Source: Adineta vaga (lineage: Eukaryota; Animalia; Rotifera). Taken from it: a stretch of 64,000 nt of DNA. Below, one piece after another: positions 11,801-24,873 of the stretch. The first letter of the stretch is position 1. The number at the start of each line of letters is the position of its first letter. A program made the position numbers and the translations under genes. Below the pieces are notes generated by a model, which did not search any database, was not told the origin of the DNA, and saw only the letters and a list, made by a program, of their open reading frames with translations. Location of the stretch: NCBI GenBank assembly GCA_021613535.1, contig CP075495.1, positions 9,238,001 through 9,302,000 of the forward strand. Reading direction: 5' to 3'.

Positions 11801-14800
11801 ATTAATTGCACATAAAGTTAATACAGTTACACATACACGAATTGTTTTAATTATTTTAATTATTTTCTTCTTCTTACTTGATAGTCCAGTATTTATACTT
11901 GTTAAAAAATTAAATGAAAGTGTTCATATTGTTTTAACATGTAATAACGATACACAAGCTAGTTATGAACGACGTGATATGCTTCGTTGTGCACTTACAA
12001 ATCAACGATATAAACAAGCATGGGTTTATGTTGATTTTGCGGTTTATACATTGATACCATTTTTAATTATTGGAACATTAAATTCATTGATTATTCGTCG
12101 ATTAATTGATGCACAACGTTTTCGACAACGTATGTTTCGATTTCATAACAATGTTAATCGATATGATCATGAAGATATTAAACATCGACATTATTCTGCA
12201 AGTCATGACGCTATTGAATTAATAGATAATCAGCATCGACCTTCGAAACGTTGTCAAACTGTACTTGAAACTCAACCACTAGCTATTATGCTACGTCCAC
12301 AAATTAGTAAGTGAATTTTTGTTGTCATCTTTCTGTAGAAAACAAAATTTCCAAAAACTAGGTCAAGTTGATGAACGACGAATACGTTTCAATACAAAAC
12401 TCTCGAGTATTTCAACAGAATTATCAACCTTATCATTCGAATTAAAAGCTCGTTCACATCATCGATTCAACGTATCATCCCTACGACATAAAACCATGCA
12501 TCAAACTAATTCGAATAATACGCGTTTAACAATCTTATTATTATTTGTCTCATGTTCATTTCTTGCCTTAACATTACCAGCCGTTGTATTAAATCTATTC
12601 ATGTCAACTCGATTAAAGTCACCTTCATCAACACTTTACAATCATCATTTAAATTCCATTGCAACAAATAATATTCAATCGGATACCGTTTTCTATTATA
12701 CTCTGGCACGATTATTAATGATTATAAATCATTCCATTAATTTCATTCTCTATTTCGTTCTCGGCAAACGTTTTCGTCGTGATTTAAAACAATTATTTCT
12801 CGGTTATTGGAGAAAATTATATCGACGAAGACATTCATCAGTAAAACAAATAACTAAATAACATACCTTCAATTGTTCGTTGAAGATTTTCATCATCCTA
12901 TTGTACAGAAGAAATATATATGTAAATAAAAGTTTATCGAAAAAAAAAGTTCATTTACTTTGTTTATTTGAGTTAATTTGTGATATCGACAATGAAATGT
13001 CGTTTTACCTGTAATCGGATCAATAAATAGTTGATAGTTTGTTTTACGTAATTGTAAATGACATGTTTCACATTTGAAACATTTGACATGTAAAACATTT
13101 TTCTCAACAACAAACCAATCTTGAATGGAAACTTTTTCTTTACAATAAAAACAAAATGTTGGCGCACGTTCTGTTTGTAAATTGAGAAAATTTGGATTCT
13201 AAATCAAAGCAAAAGTCAACGTGCAAAAAGTTGATCTTGAGAAATAAAGATACATATGTTGTCTCGACATCAGCTGTTAAATTATACTTTGATATGCCTC
13301 GATTAGAACACATCATTATAACGTCTGATTGAGAATATAATTACGACTCATCCAATCTATTAATATCAACATCTAACTCATCTCATGCGGAAAACGTCAA
13401 AAATTCTTTTTTGGAAAATGAATACATACATTCGTTGATGATATTTCACCACTGGAATAATGAGCAACAAGTGCACTAACTTTTTTCGTAGAACTATTAT
13501 TGTTATTAGTTTGATCGGATGGTTGTTGTATAGGTTGTACTGTTGGAGTTGAAGTTTCAAGAATAGGTGTACTTGAACGATGTCGTTGTAATAGTTGTTG
13601 TTCACGATGATCTTGTGAAAATGCGTATATAATAATTGAAGAATAACAAGAGCTGATTGTCGTACACGTTCTTCGATGGAACTTTTCATCGATAGAATAA
13701 GACTATTTTGTAATTTTCGATCGAGTGGTAATGATAACTGATCATGCATTACATCAAATAACTATAACAAGATGAAAGAAATCAATTGAGAAAAAGTTTT
13801 GTTAAAATTCATAATTATTTACAATTTGAAAATTACTAATCGGTCGATCAGGTTGTAAAGATTTAAAATCACTAAAAACAAAAGAAATAAAATTATACTG
13901 AACGATTCGTCTTTTAACTTATCCTACATTAAATCTGGTCGATAATGATGTATAATCGCACAAAATGCTAAACTATTTTGAAATGCCTTGGAATCATTTT
14001 TAATTTCAATTGCATAGGAATCAACAATTTCTTCACACCAATCAATGAATACTGTTTCTTTTTCAGTAGTTTCTAAAAACAAAAGTACATTTTTCATCGA
14101 AAAAAAAACGTCTATCTTCATACCATTTAACGGTAATGTTGACGGTACTTGTTTAGTACTTTGTGCACGACGAACAGGTGTACGATTCGTTTTTGTTGAT
14201 GTTACATAATTGTTATTCATATCAATTGTTGGTATACTATCGGAATCATATAAATGACGAATTTCATCGATTGTACAACTTTTGGAATTTAAATTTCGAT
14301 ATCGTGTAGCAGGATTGATTGAGTATAATTGATGATTACTTTTAGTATTCTCTGGTGTACTTTGAGATAACAAATTATAAACACTTTCACGTTCAACAAG
14401 AACTTTAAGTGCATGTTCATGTTTAGCAAATTTCAGAATAGACCAAGCAGTATCAAATAAACCTAGAAAACCTAAACCAGCACCGGAACCAGTTGGCCAG
14501 AAACTCTAGAGAAATAGAAGAGGATCGATAATTGATTAAATTCTTTAGAAAATATTTACCTCGAGTAAACTATCACCAACAAGACCCATAAATATTTGTT
14601 TACCATTACGTTCAACAATACGAGATGCATTCACAGCATGAAATAATGATGTAAAATCAAACATTTGAACATCGGCTGTACCATAATGATTTTCCTATGA
14701 GAATATAAACGTGAAATGAAATTCCAAATTAACAATTTTTCTAATTAGAACAGTGTAAATTACAATCTTTTATATATGAGAGAATTGATGAATGAATTAT

Positions 14801-17035
14801 TTACACATCATCGATACAAAAATAAATGAATATCGCTTACGGCAAATTGAAAAGCAAATTGCGATGATGATTTCGTTGCAAATTGTGCTGCTTCACAAGC
14901 AAAATTACATAATTGTGTAAAATCAACATTATCTCTTGCTAATAATCTTGCAGCATCAGGATAATCTTGTAGAATAACATTTTTATCCAATAACGATTGT
15001 TTCTTTGCAGTCATAACAAAATAATGTGTTTCATTTTTATAATATACAATATTTTCTAAATCAATCGATGTTTGTTGTTGTAATTCATTAAAAAATTGTG
15101 GATTATAAATTTTTGCTACACCACTAATTTCTAATAATAAAATATAAAAGATTGTATCACATCTAGATCATGAATGATATGAATCAGACCTTCAAAATTT
15201 TGTTCTTCACGTGTATTATGATTGACAAAATTACACGTGATACCAATCGCTAATTTACCACGAAATTCTTTATGTTGAAAACCATGTAATGAATTACGAC
15301 GACCATCAGCACCAATCAAAACATTAAATTCATAAGTTGAAACCACCGGATGAATTGTCGGTTCGAAATGAGCACGCCATCCTATTTCGACTAATTAATA
15401 TAGAAATTCGAAAATGATATGTTTTATACCTTGTTGAGTAGAAACGGGTTCAATGACATCAATAAATGTGACATTTGAATAGATTTCGACACCCAGTAGA
15501 AGTGCAATTTTCAATAGAATACATTGTAATTGTCGAATGCCTATTAGAATAAATTTGTATTTACTTATTCTATACATAATATGTGAATTTACATACTAAT
15601 ATGTTCAATTTGTCCAGTAGCAAATTTTCCATAGAAAACTTTGGCACCAAGATTCTTCAAATCAGTAATCACATATGGCCATAAATGTAAAACATTATGA
15701 CGTGAAAATCTAGATAACAAATTATTCAATAGATAAAATCTACAAATCAATCGAAATGAAACCTGTCACGTTTTTCGACGACTACACATCGTGCACCAAG
15801 TAATGCACATTCAATAGCAAGTCGAAGACCAACGGGTCCAGCACCCACAATGCAAACCTTAAAAGAATAATTTGAATATTTATATATTTGTTGATGAGAA
15901 AGAAACCTTCTCTATTCTCATGTGTCAATGATCGTTTTTGATTACAATATCTCCGATCAAAATTTATCATATAGATACCAATCAAGTTAATAGCATAATC
16001 AGAATACATTCTATGATTAAATACTTCTGTTTTCTTTCGTTTATACAATTTACTGTTTGTTCATATATATATATATATATATCGAGTGATTTTCTTTCCT
16101 TTTACCATTCATATCCTCATATATACACACATATATATAGCGCCTTTCCTTCTTTCCAATTATCCTTTCTCTCTCTCCTTCTCTTTCGCTGTATGTCTTT
16201 CATTGCCTTCACTATGAGTATATACACATTCATATACACGCAATGTAATCTCACACTGCACACAAGTGTCGATGTGTATGTGTGTTATATACAACGATGG
16301 TTGGAGAAAGAGAGAGAGAGATTAGAGAACTGGTAGTGATTGATGGTTGGGACAAAATGATGAACGGTGACTGTAATATAGGAGAGAAAAAGAGAAGAAA
16401 AAACCGCATAGGGGTAAAAAGAAATTCACCATGCCGAGAGAAGAAAAAAAGCTGCATACATGCATCCAGGGTCGAAAAAAAAACTTTAAGCAAGGATTTA
16501 TTAATTTATTGGTTTTTGTTATTATTGTTCTTGCTTAAACGAACCAAAATGAAACTCATGCAAACGATTAAAAAAGAAAAAATCTTTCGATTTTGAAAAA
16601 AAAATTGATATAGATATAAATGAAAAGCGTTCACGCACGCTTACATATAGCCTTTTTTCCCTTTTAGTAGAAGATCTAGATATGAAAAATAAGTTAGATG
16701 ATTGCATTTGTTATTTTGTTATTATTCATACAAATTAAACGAAAAGATAATTGAAAAAGATAATTTACCTTCGTATCAGCACAAGCATGTCCATTCTCAT
16801 ATTCTTTTTGTAAACCACGTTTATCAATTTTTGTCCAAAGACTTTTACATTTCCATGATGTTAATTTACTTGTTAAAGTTTTATACAGAGATCGTTTGTC
16901 ATAACCAATTATTGAACGATCAATACGAAGTAGTCGACATAGATCATCAAATGAATGAAGAATTGTTTTAAATGTTTGAGCATTGACAAATCTTTCGAAG
17001 AGTTCATCAGGGGTATTTCGAACGTTTGTTGGCAT
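5875..17035 (-). CDS. MICAL: MICAL-family F-actin monooxygenase (FAD monooxygenase, CH, two LIM, acidic tract, C-terminal bMERB coiled coil), multi-exon
   Basis: [99 protein letters not shown] domain at ~13700-14070, LIM exons at 12959-13170 and 8702-8954, bMERB-type end ([16 protein letters not shown] ... MRIRELQED), stop at 5875-5877. Confidence 0.95.
10425..10535 (-). repeat. GAT/GAA trinucleotide tract encoding a poly-Asp/Glu stretch in a MICAL exon
   Basis: [26 protein letters not shown] in the MICAL reading frame. Confidence 0.8.
11253..12861 (+). CDS. Class A (rhodopsin-like) peptide-type GPCR nested in a MICAL intron; exons 11253-12306 and 12362-12861
   Basis: GILGN (TM1), LAFVD (TM2), [12 protein letters not shown] (DRY-equivalent), TM5 IPF, TM6 [18 protein letters not shown] (TM7/H8). 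A 55-nt phase-1 GT-AG intron joins the two ORFs. Confidence 0.93.
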
Positions 17036-17346
17036 AATAATGAATCATAGGACAATGATAAATTCCAATGAGTAAAAAAAACAGAACATGAATTGAATAA
17101 AAGTAGATTGATTTTTGTTTCTCTTTCTTGTTAACTAAGAGTGTATGTCGACGACGATGACGAACAAGTAATAGTAATAGATTGCTTTCTATTTTTTCTT
17201 GACGAATGAAAAAATCATTACAAAAGAGACATCTATCATGCAAAAATTTCCATTGGTTTGAAAAAGTTCATCAGTGTTTATTTATTATTTGTTCTGTTCT
17301 GAAAATTCTGGTTTGTTTTTTAAGAAAACGACGAGAATTGAACAGG

Positions 17347-19200
17347 ATGCCAAGTCATCAGAATCTCGCGGAACAAACACGATCTCTAATTGATTGTCTT
17401 AATGCTCGACAAACAGTTATTTCTAATCAAATAAAAACAATTACAAATGAAACACCAGGAATATTAAAGAAAAGCAAGAGTGTAACGTTTCTTGGCGATG
17501 AACAATCTGATTCGAAGGTAGAAATTTCGTTTCATAGATATCATTTGTTTAATTTCTTGGATTTTATCTAGATATTACCACCACGTTCGATTTTAAAGAA
17601 ATCAGATGATGCTGATGATGAAAAATGTCCGCTGGAACCATTCGTTGTTAATATTCCGGATAATATTTCTCGTGTTGATATTGATCAGTATTTAGAAGAT
17701 GTTCAAGTTCAACGACGAAAGGGTTTGAATTATTCCTATAATACTGATGATGAAGATGATTATAACGAAGAAGATGATGATAAACAAGAGGAAAAGATTG
17801 AATCTTCGAAAACTTTATCAAAAAAGAATGAACCCTGGAATGAAGTTAGTTTTATTTTTCTTCTCGAGTTTTCTTTCAAATGTTGATCTCTAATATTAGC
17901 TCAAACATTGGCATTCATTATTTGATGAAGGTAATGATCGAGATGTTTATTACAATACATTACGTACACCAAGTAATCAATCACAAGTTTGGACTACAGA
18001 TAGTGTTGAACAAATCAAAGTTTGTTTCATTTATTTAACATAAATTCTTTTTGAGATTTTTCGTTGTTGTTGTTGTTATTTAAAGAAACGTATTCATGAA
18101 CGACAAAATATGTCATTGAAACAACAACGAAAATCGACGAGTATTTCACCAAGAAAACAACAACCGTTAGTTAGTAACCGTCAAAAAGTTCTACTTGGTT
18201 ATGATTTTGTTGCTGGAATACTTGAGAATGAAAGAGAATCTGTATTAACAAATGAAAATTCTCTATCCGATTCTTATATTGATGAATTAGTAACATTTCG
18301 AAAGAAAAATTTAGATCAATCAACATCATATTCTTTATCAAAGTATACAATAAATAAAAATATATTAATTCTTTATTGATACCTAAATAACATTATATTT
18401 TAGTGAAGCTGATCTTGTAGATTTTTCTAAAGAACTTGAACTCATTCCTCCAGATGGTTATCAACATTCACATACTTGTAAATATGCACTAACAAATAAA
18501 AACAAAAAATATCTCTATTGATTGTATTCTGTTTTCATACTTGCAGGTATCCATAGTTTTACTGTGAATGATCGACTTTTCACTGTTCCTACTAATCCAG
18601 ATGTAAATGGACAAAGTTGTTGTCCAATATGTTCCTCATTACGTAAAGGTCCTAATGCTTGTGAACCACAATATGCACGGTAATAACAAAACTCTTCTAA
18701 TCAATAGAAAATAAAAATTTAATTCATTTCTCCATAGGGTTAGCATTCCGAAATATCGTGTGAATTCTAATACATACAAATTCCGTCCACCAAAACGTGC
18801 TCATTTATCAGATCTTACAACAGATAGTGTTGCACTTGCTAATGTAATACAAGCAAAGAAAAAAAGAGTTTCTAAAACTAATCCTATATCTATATTTTTA
18901 TTTTAGCATTGTTTGGCTGGTTTTAATACTGCTCGAACAACACCTTTGGATAAATCAGCTAAAAGTCTTGATCTACGTACTGATTCAGATACACAATTAG
19001 AATTGAGAAAAATGTCATTAGATGATGCTCAACGTCTTGGTTCTAACCATGATATGTGTGAAAATGATCTTCGACGTCGAAGTACATCACTTCGATATCA
19101 TATGAATACATTATTTCAAGAACGTTTACGACGTTTACGTAAAACAACAAATGGCGCAGATAATAATGCGAGTATTATTTCTCAAATTGATGTTCGTTAA
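17347..19200 (+). CDS. MIIP: Migration and invasion inhibitory protein (MIIP)-like, multi-exon
   Basis: LLGYDFVAGIL, ELVTFRKKN, HTCIHSFTVNDRLFTVP, CPIC, RVSIP, DSVALANHCLAGF match my recollection of the conserved MIIP C-terminal domain. Short GT-AG introns. Confidence 0.8.
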
Positions 19201-19802
19201 AAATGAACAGTTGGAATCATTCAGTTTTTATTTGCTTGTATTTGATCTAATTAAACATTCCATATCCGTCCTTGTGTGTGTGTGTGTGTGTGTAGTTTAA
19301 TTTTATAAAAATATTATAAACTTAGTATTCATAGAAAGTAATGAAACATCGTTTTTTATGCATGTTTGTAGATTGATGAATTAGTCTAAAGTGATGAAAT
19401 TATTATTCTAAGCGAAGGTAAGTTTTTCTATGCGTAAAGAGACAGATTAAATGTTTACTGTGTATGTCTTTTTTTTCTATATAGATACGAACGGTTGAAA
19501 TTAATGCTGGAGAAATTGAACATTTAATGAGTTCATCGACAATCAATTGAAATTATTATTGTAAGTTATAAAAGAAATGATTAGTAAATCGTTAGATTTA
19601 TGCCGTTCTATGAGCTTATCGATCACGTTACTTCATTTTTCTATTGATTTTTGTTGAAGACTGAACATAGGTTAAATGAAGAGATTGGACGGTATCGATA
19701 GCAGATATCTAAATGGACATTCAATACTATTGTACTCTTGTAAAACAAAGCAAATAGTTGTTTTAAAGGGGAATCAATTTCATGACGAAATTGGATGATT
19801 CT

Positions 19803-20078
19803 TTAATTGGAGAGTAAACAGGCTGGTTTTGTCCAGCAAGCAACTGAATAACGATTTGTTCGACAAAGTGTTGTCTGATCCGATTTCTTATAAGTATTTT
19901 CATGAACAGTAGTGAAAGATTTTTGAAGACAGATTTCTTCATAATTTGCATAATTATCATTTTCATCATTATCATCGATTATTGATATTGTTTGAGAAGA
20001 AGAATCCGAATAGAGTATATGACGTTGGTGAAGATCTGCCGTTGATGTACTTGAAGATAAACTGATTTTCGATGACAT
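19803..20078 (-). CDS. Possible small hydrophilic orphan protein (91 aa)
   Basis: ATG-started ORF with codon style like neighbouring exons (Ser/Asp/Asn rich). No family recognised. Confidence 0.3.
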   Translation of the reverse strand: MSSKISLSSSTSTADLHQRHILYSDSSSQTISIIDDNDENDNYANYEEICLQKSFTTVHENTYKKSDQTTLCRTNRYSVACWTKPACLLSN

Positions 20079-20397
20079 TTGTTTTCTTCAACATTGATGA
20101 GCGCGGGAAGATTGATTTATCATTCTTTTTAATCGAATATAAGAATAATTTAATCATAAATTAGATTGTATATGTAAGAGAATGATGTTAGTTTGAAGTA
20201 ATTCATTATCTTTAGTGTAAAAATGATCTGATTGATCTTTTACGTATGAATGAATTCTAAATGTCTTTCTTTAGATTTCTGAAAATAATTCCTAAAATCG
20301 AAGTGTCGATTAAAAATTGAAATTGGGGTTAAGTATTACAATAGTATTGTAAATCATATTTTGTTTATTTTCAGATGTTAAATAGATATTTCCTATA

Positions 20398-23070
20398 ATG
20401 ATACCATTTCGTAGTGATCAATGTAAGTATTCTTTTCTCATCCCTCAATGTTTTTTGCACTTATATTTCATTTTTTTTTATACAGTTGACCATTTCAATA
20501 ATGGACAGCCTGTTCATCGGCATGTTTTGATGTTTCCTCAACAACAACAACAACAACATCTAGTACAACCTGCACAACTAATGTATCACACACAAGTTCA
20601 TAATTTCCCTCAACCATATCCTGGTAATATACCAATGCACCAGCAACAACAACAACAACAACAGCCGTTACTTACCTTTGTACATACCCGACCTCATTCA
20701 CAACAGTCATGGATAATGCCATCTCCACCCATGCCACCACCACCGCCAGCATTTATTCCAGCACCACTCACAACTTTCCATCACATTCAAACACAGCAGC
20801 CATCGTTCATTAGTAGTGGTAGTGGCATTCCTCAACCGTCATTTAGTGGAGGAACTGGTACTTCTCCGACATCATTCAATAACGCACCTAATTCTCTACA
20901 ACTTTCGTTCGGTAGTGGTAGTGGTATACCACAACCTTCATTCAGTGGTGGTACAGCTTTCTTAAAACGAAAAAGTCATTATCTTGAAGAATCCGATTCA
21001 GAATCCCCTGTAAGTTTACCTCAACATTTTCTTTTCTTTTTGGTATTCATTATATTGAACAGAGTGAAAAACATTAAATTACTTTTGTTTGTTTCAGCCA
21101 CAATTTCACAATGAAAATATGAAAGAACTTCCATCTTTGATGAATATTCCAAGACAACCATACGCTAGTAATCATCAACAACATCAACAATTTCGACCGA
21201 ACAATCCGAGATCGCGATTTCCACCACCAAGAGAATCACTTAACGTACATCTACCAAATTCTAATTGGAATAACAGCAGTGATTGCCAGACATATCCTAT
21301 GCCTTCGCAAATGCCACAAATATCTCATAATGACCAACAAATATTGACTAGTCAACTTTTTCAAAAACATCAACTTATTTCTGTATTATCTTTGACTATT
21401 ATATTCTCTATAGTAATCAATATTTTTTGTCTTCTATAGATCGATACACTTCTTAAAGAACCTGGTCGATCACAACGATCATCACAAATTATTATTTTTA
21501 TGCGTGGTTTACCAGGTATGTATCTTTATTGTCATTTCTCTTCACATTTTGCTATTTTTTTCTCCTAGGTTCTGGAAAATCATATGTTGCCGATCTCATC
21601 AAAGTAATTTTATTACATCTATATATCTAATCATTTATTGTTCATCTCATTCTAGAATGAAGAAGAATTACAATCAAAAGGTACCAATAAACCAAAAATT
21701 TTTTCCATTGATAGTTATTTTATAACTGAAAATCAACGAGAAACGAAAGATCCTAAAACTGGCAAAATCACAAAAACAACTGTGAGTTAATACTCTGCTA
21801 TTGTATGTCTTTTTCTATCTGAAAATTTGTATAAAGTTAATGGAATATGAATATGATGCTAAAATGGAAGAAACATATAGAAAAAGTCTCATCAAACAAG
21901 TACGAAAATCGATTGATGATCGTTTTTATCCATTTCTGATGGTTGATCAAAATAATGAACAAATTGCACATTTTCGTGATATGGCAGATTATGCTGAAGC
22001 GAATCAATTTAAAGTTTATTTTGTTGAATTAAATAATGATCTCAACTCATGTATACAAAGAAATATCCACAAACGATCCTCCGATGACATTAAACAAGTA
22101 AATTGCATTATTGAAAAATAAGAACTGACTTGATTTTGTCTGGATTTCTATTCATAGATTCAAACGCGTTGGGAACAATTACCACTTCGATATGAAATTC
22201 TTGATATTCGTTCATTACTTCAATCCGATGCGATTGAGGAAGTATGTCTCTATATTCGTGATTTTTCACAAATATTTTCCTTTGATTTCTCTCAGGTTGA
22301 AATGGACGATGCTCCTCCAGTAATTCCAAATGAAGAGAATGAAATTGAAGAAGAGGAGGAGGAGAGTCAGGTAATTGAAATAGACAGATTATTAAAAAAA
22401 TGAAAGTAGTTGTTCATGAGTTTTGTTTTTCTTAAATGAGTATGAGAGTATGGAAAAGGTAAGTACATTTGTTTTTGACTTTGTCTATGGGTATATGTGA
22501 GTTCAATCTGATCATCGACGAAACAGCAGAAGCACACACAAATAATTATTCTAGATTACAAAGAAAAGTAAATGGGAAGCAATGATGGAAACTAATCCCG
22601 GTACGCTATAGTTTCTTTTTTTTCTATTCTTATCAACTCTTTTTCAATTGATTTTTGACAAAATTTATTCGATAACGTATAATTTATTTCTATTTCAATC
22701 AATTTAGATCGTTTGGATGGTTTATATCAACGTCGTAATCCATCATCAGAATCAGCATCACCACCAATTGAAAAACGTTTGAATAATACGACAATTAGTA
22801 TTGATGAGTTATCAACAAATGAATTATCGCCGAATCTTCAGTCGAAAAAGAAGAAAGTTCGATGGGCTGATATTGAAGAAGATGTTCTTCATCAACATAA
22901 AAAAGCTGGTAGATTTTGAACTTCTATCGAAAACAAAAACGTCCGATCTCATTGTTATCTTTTTTTTACATTTAGTTGGCTTTGTAGTCGGTCAAACAGA
23001 ACAAGATTGGCAACGTATGAGTGATGATTACGATCCAAGTCAAAAGTTAAATCGATATAAATATATTTGA
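20398..23070 (+). CDS. YLPM1: YLP motif-containing protein 1 (ZAP3)-like P-loop protein, multi-exon
   Basis: Q/P-rich N-terminus, IIIFMRGLPGSGKSY P-loop, FSIDSYFITE, MEYEYDAKMEETYRKSL, KKKVRWADIEE (RVxF/W PP1 motif), and C-terminal VGFVVGQT..DW. Confidence 0.9.
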
Positions 23071-23229
23071 TTCTTTCTGTTCATACCACTTTTTTTTTCT
23101 TTTATTTGTAAAATAAAGAAGAACAACAAACTTGAAGAATTTCAATGCATTTTATTTCTAGATAGAATAGGCGCGTTACTTTTCCTAATGGAAATCATCT
23201 TTCTTATTTAATTGATAAAAACAAAATCC

Positions 23230-24873
23230 ATGGCATATCCACCATCTCTATCAGCAAAAGATGAAAAGTATGTTCGATACACTCTTTTTATTTGATTTTA
23301 ATCTATTACATAGATCATATGCATATGAAACCATCAAAGATCGTCTACCATTGATTGTCACACGAATTGTAGATTTTCTTGCCCGACATCGAGGAAATAT
23401 CACCAAACAGTACGGTGATGTGAGTTCAATTTCTTTTTCTTTTTCGATAAGTATTCGAGATTCTTTTTTTTCGTAGGAAGCAGAAAATGAATGCAAAGCT
23501 TGTATTGGTGCAATGGATAAATTACGTTATGAAATAGCTCGTGTAAGACAATCAAATGAATATTTTCATAATGTACAACTTTGTTTTCTTTTTGTTAAAG
23601 GATAAACCAATTTTTTTATTGAGCGATAATCATACTGATGATATAAGTATATGGAATGAATGTTTACAGAAAGAAATGGATCAAGGTATATTATAATGAA
23701 ACAAATTTTTTCTAAACATAAAAAAATCTCGAATATATTCAGGTAAAGTTATTAGTTGGTTTCAAAGTAGTTGGTTACTTGTTGAGTGTTATATGTATCG
23801 AAAGATTGCTGAAGCATTTTATTTAACGTAAGAAGAATTTCTTTCGAATTTCTTTTGTAATTTATGTTTGAAATTTTAGCAAACATTTACAACATATAGA
23901 TCCATTTTTTGAATTGAAACAAAATAATTTTTATTTATCTGCTAAAGCTATTGATGTTGTTCTGTCTCAATTAAATGCAGATATCGAACAAAACTTAGAT
24001 GTTGTGAATAATAAATCAATCATTGAACAGCAATTTTACAATTATATGGAAGTAAGACATTTTCTTTTTAAAATAAATCATCTTTCAATTTCTTTAGATT
24101 TCTCTCTGGGGTAATCAATGTGATTTATCACTATCAGCTGGAGCTGATAGTTCACAAAAACATGATCCATTTCATCAAATAATTGAACTGAAATCTCATA
24201 TATTAATTAATCATCAAACATCTGTTTTTAATTATCTTTATGATCTACAAGCCTATCTAATGAATTTAGATGTGTGTATTGATTTCGTTCTTGATAATGC
24301 TGGTTTTGAACTTATAACTGACTTAGCTCTAGCTGATTTTCTCATATCGAAACGTTTATGCTCACGAATTATATTATATTTAAAATGTTTTCCGTGGTTT
24401 GTATCAGATGCAACAAAAAATGATTTTTCCTGGCTTCTAGAACAATTAGGTGATTCATCGGCGGATCCAGTCTGGCAAAAAACTGTAAAACGATGGCAAG
24501 AATTATTCAGAATGGTCAATGGATTGTACAAACACATCGATTTTTTACATTATCATATGATTATTCTCATATGCGACAAATCTCTCCCGAACTTTATTCA
24601 GTTATGTCGGAATCAAAATTAATCATATTCAAAGGTGATTTAAATTATCGAAAACTAGTCGGTGATTTACGTTGGCCATTGAATGAACGTTTTGAGACAG
24701 CATTACGTGGTTTTCAACCAACATCATTCGTAGTTCTCCGAACCTGTAAAGCTGATGTACAACTTGGATTGGATCTTACACTAGTACAACAAGTGACCAA
24801 ACTTGATCCCAGATGGATGGTCAATGGTAAATGGGCAGTAATACAAACATATTTTAAAAACGAAAAGGACTGA
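23230..24873 (+). CDS. ARMT1: Damage-control phosphatase ARMT1/DUF89 family, with an apparent 1-nt frameshift near 24500-24507
   Basis: PPSLSA..SYAYETIKDRLP, SWFQSSWLLVECYMYR, DPFFELK, SLWGNQCDLSLSAG, LDNAGFELITDL, PWFVSDAT, IFKGDLNYRKL, LRTCKAD, WMVNGKWAVIQ. Confidence 0.92.

Noticed and set aside
15782-16971. Several overlapping short ORFs on both strands
   Set aside because: They lie in or antisense to MICAL intron 1/exon 1 and are built from AT/GA microsatellites, with no protein-like motifs.
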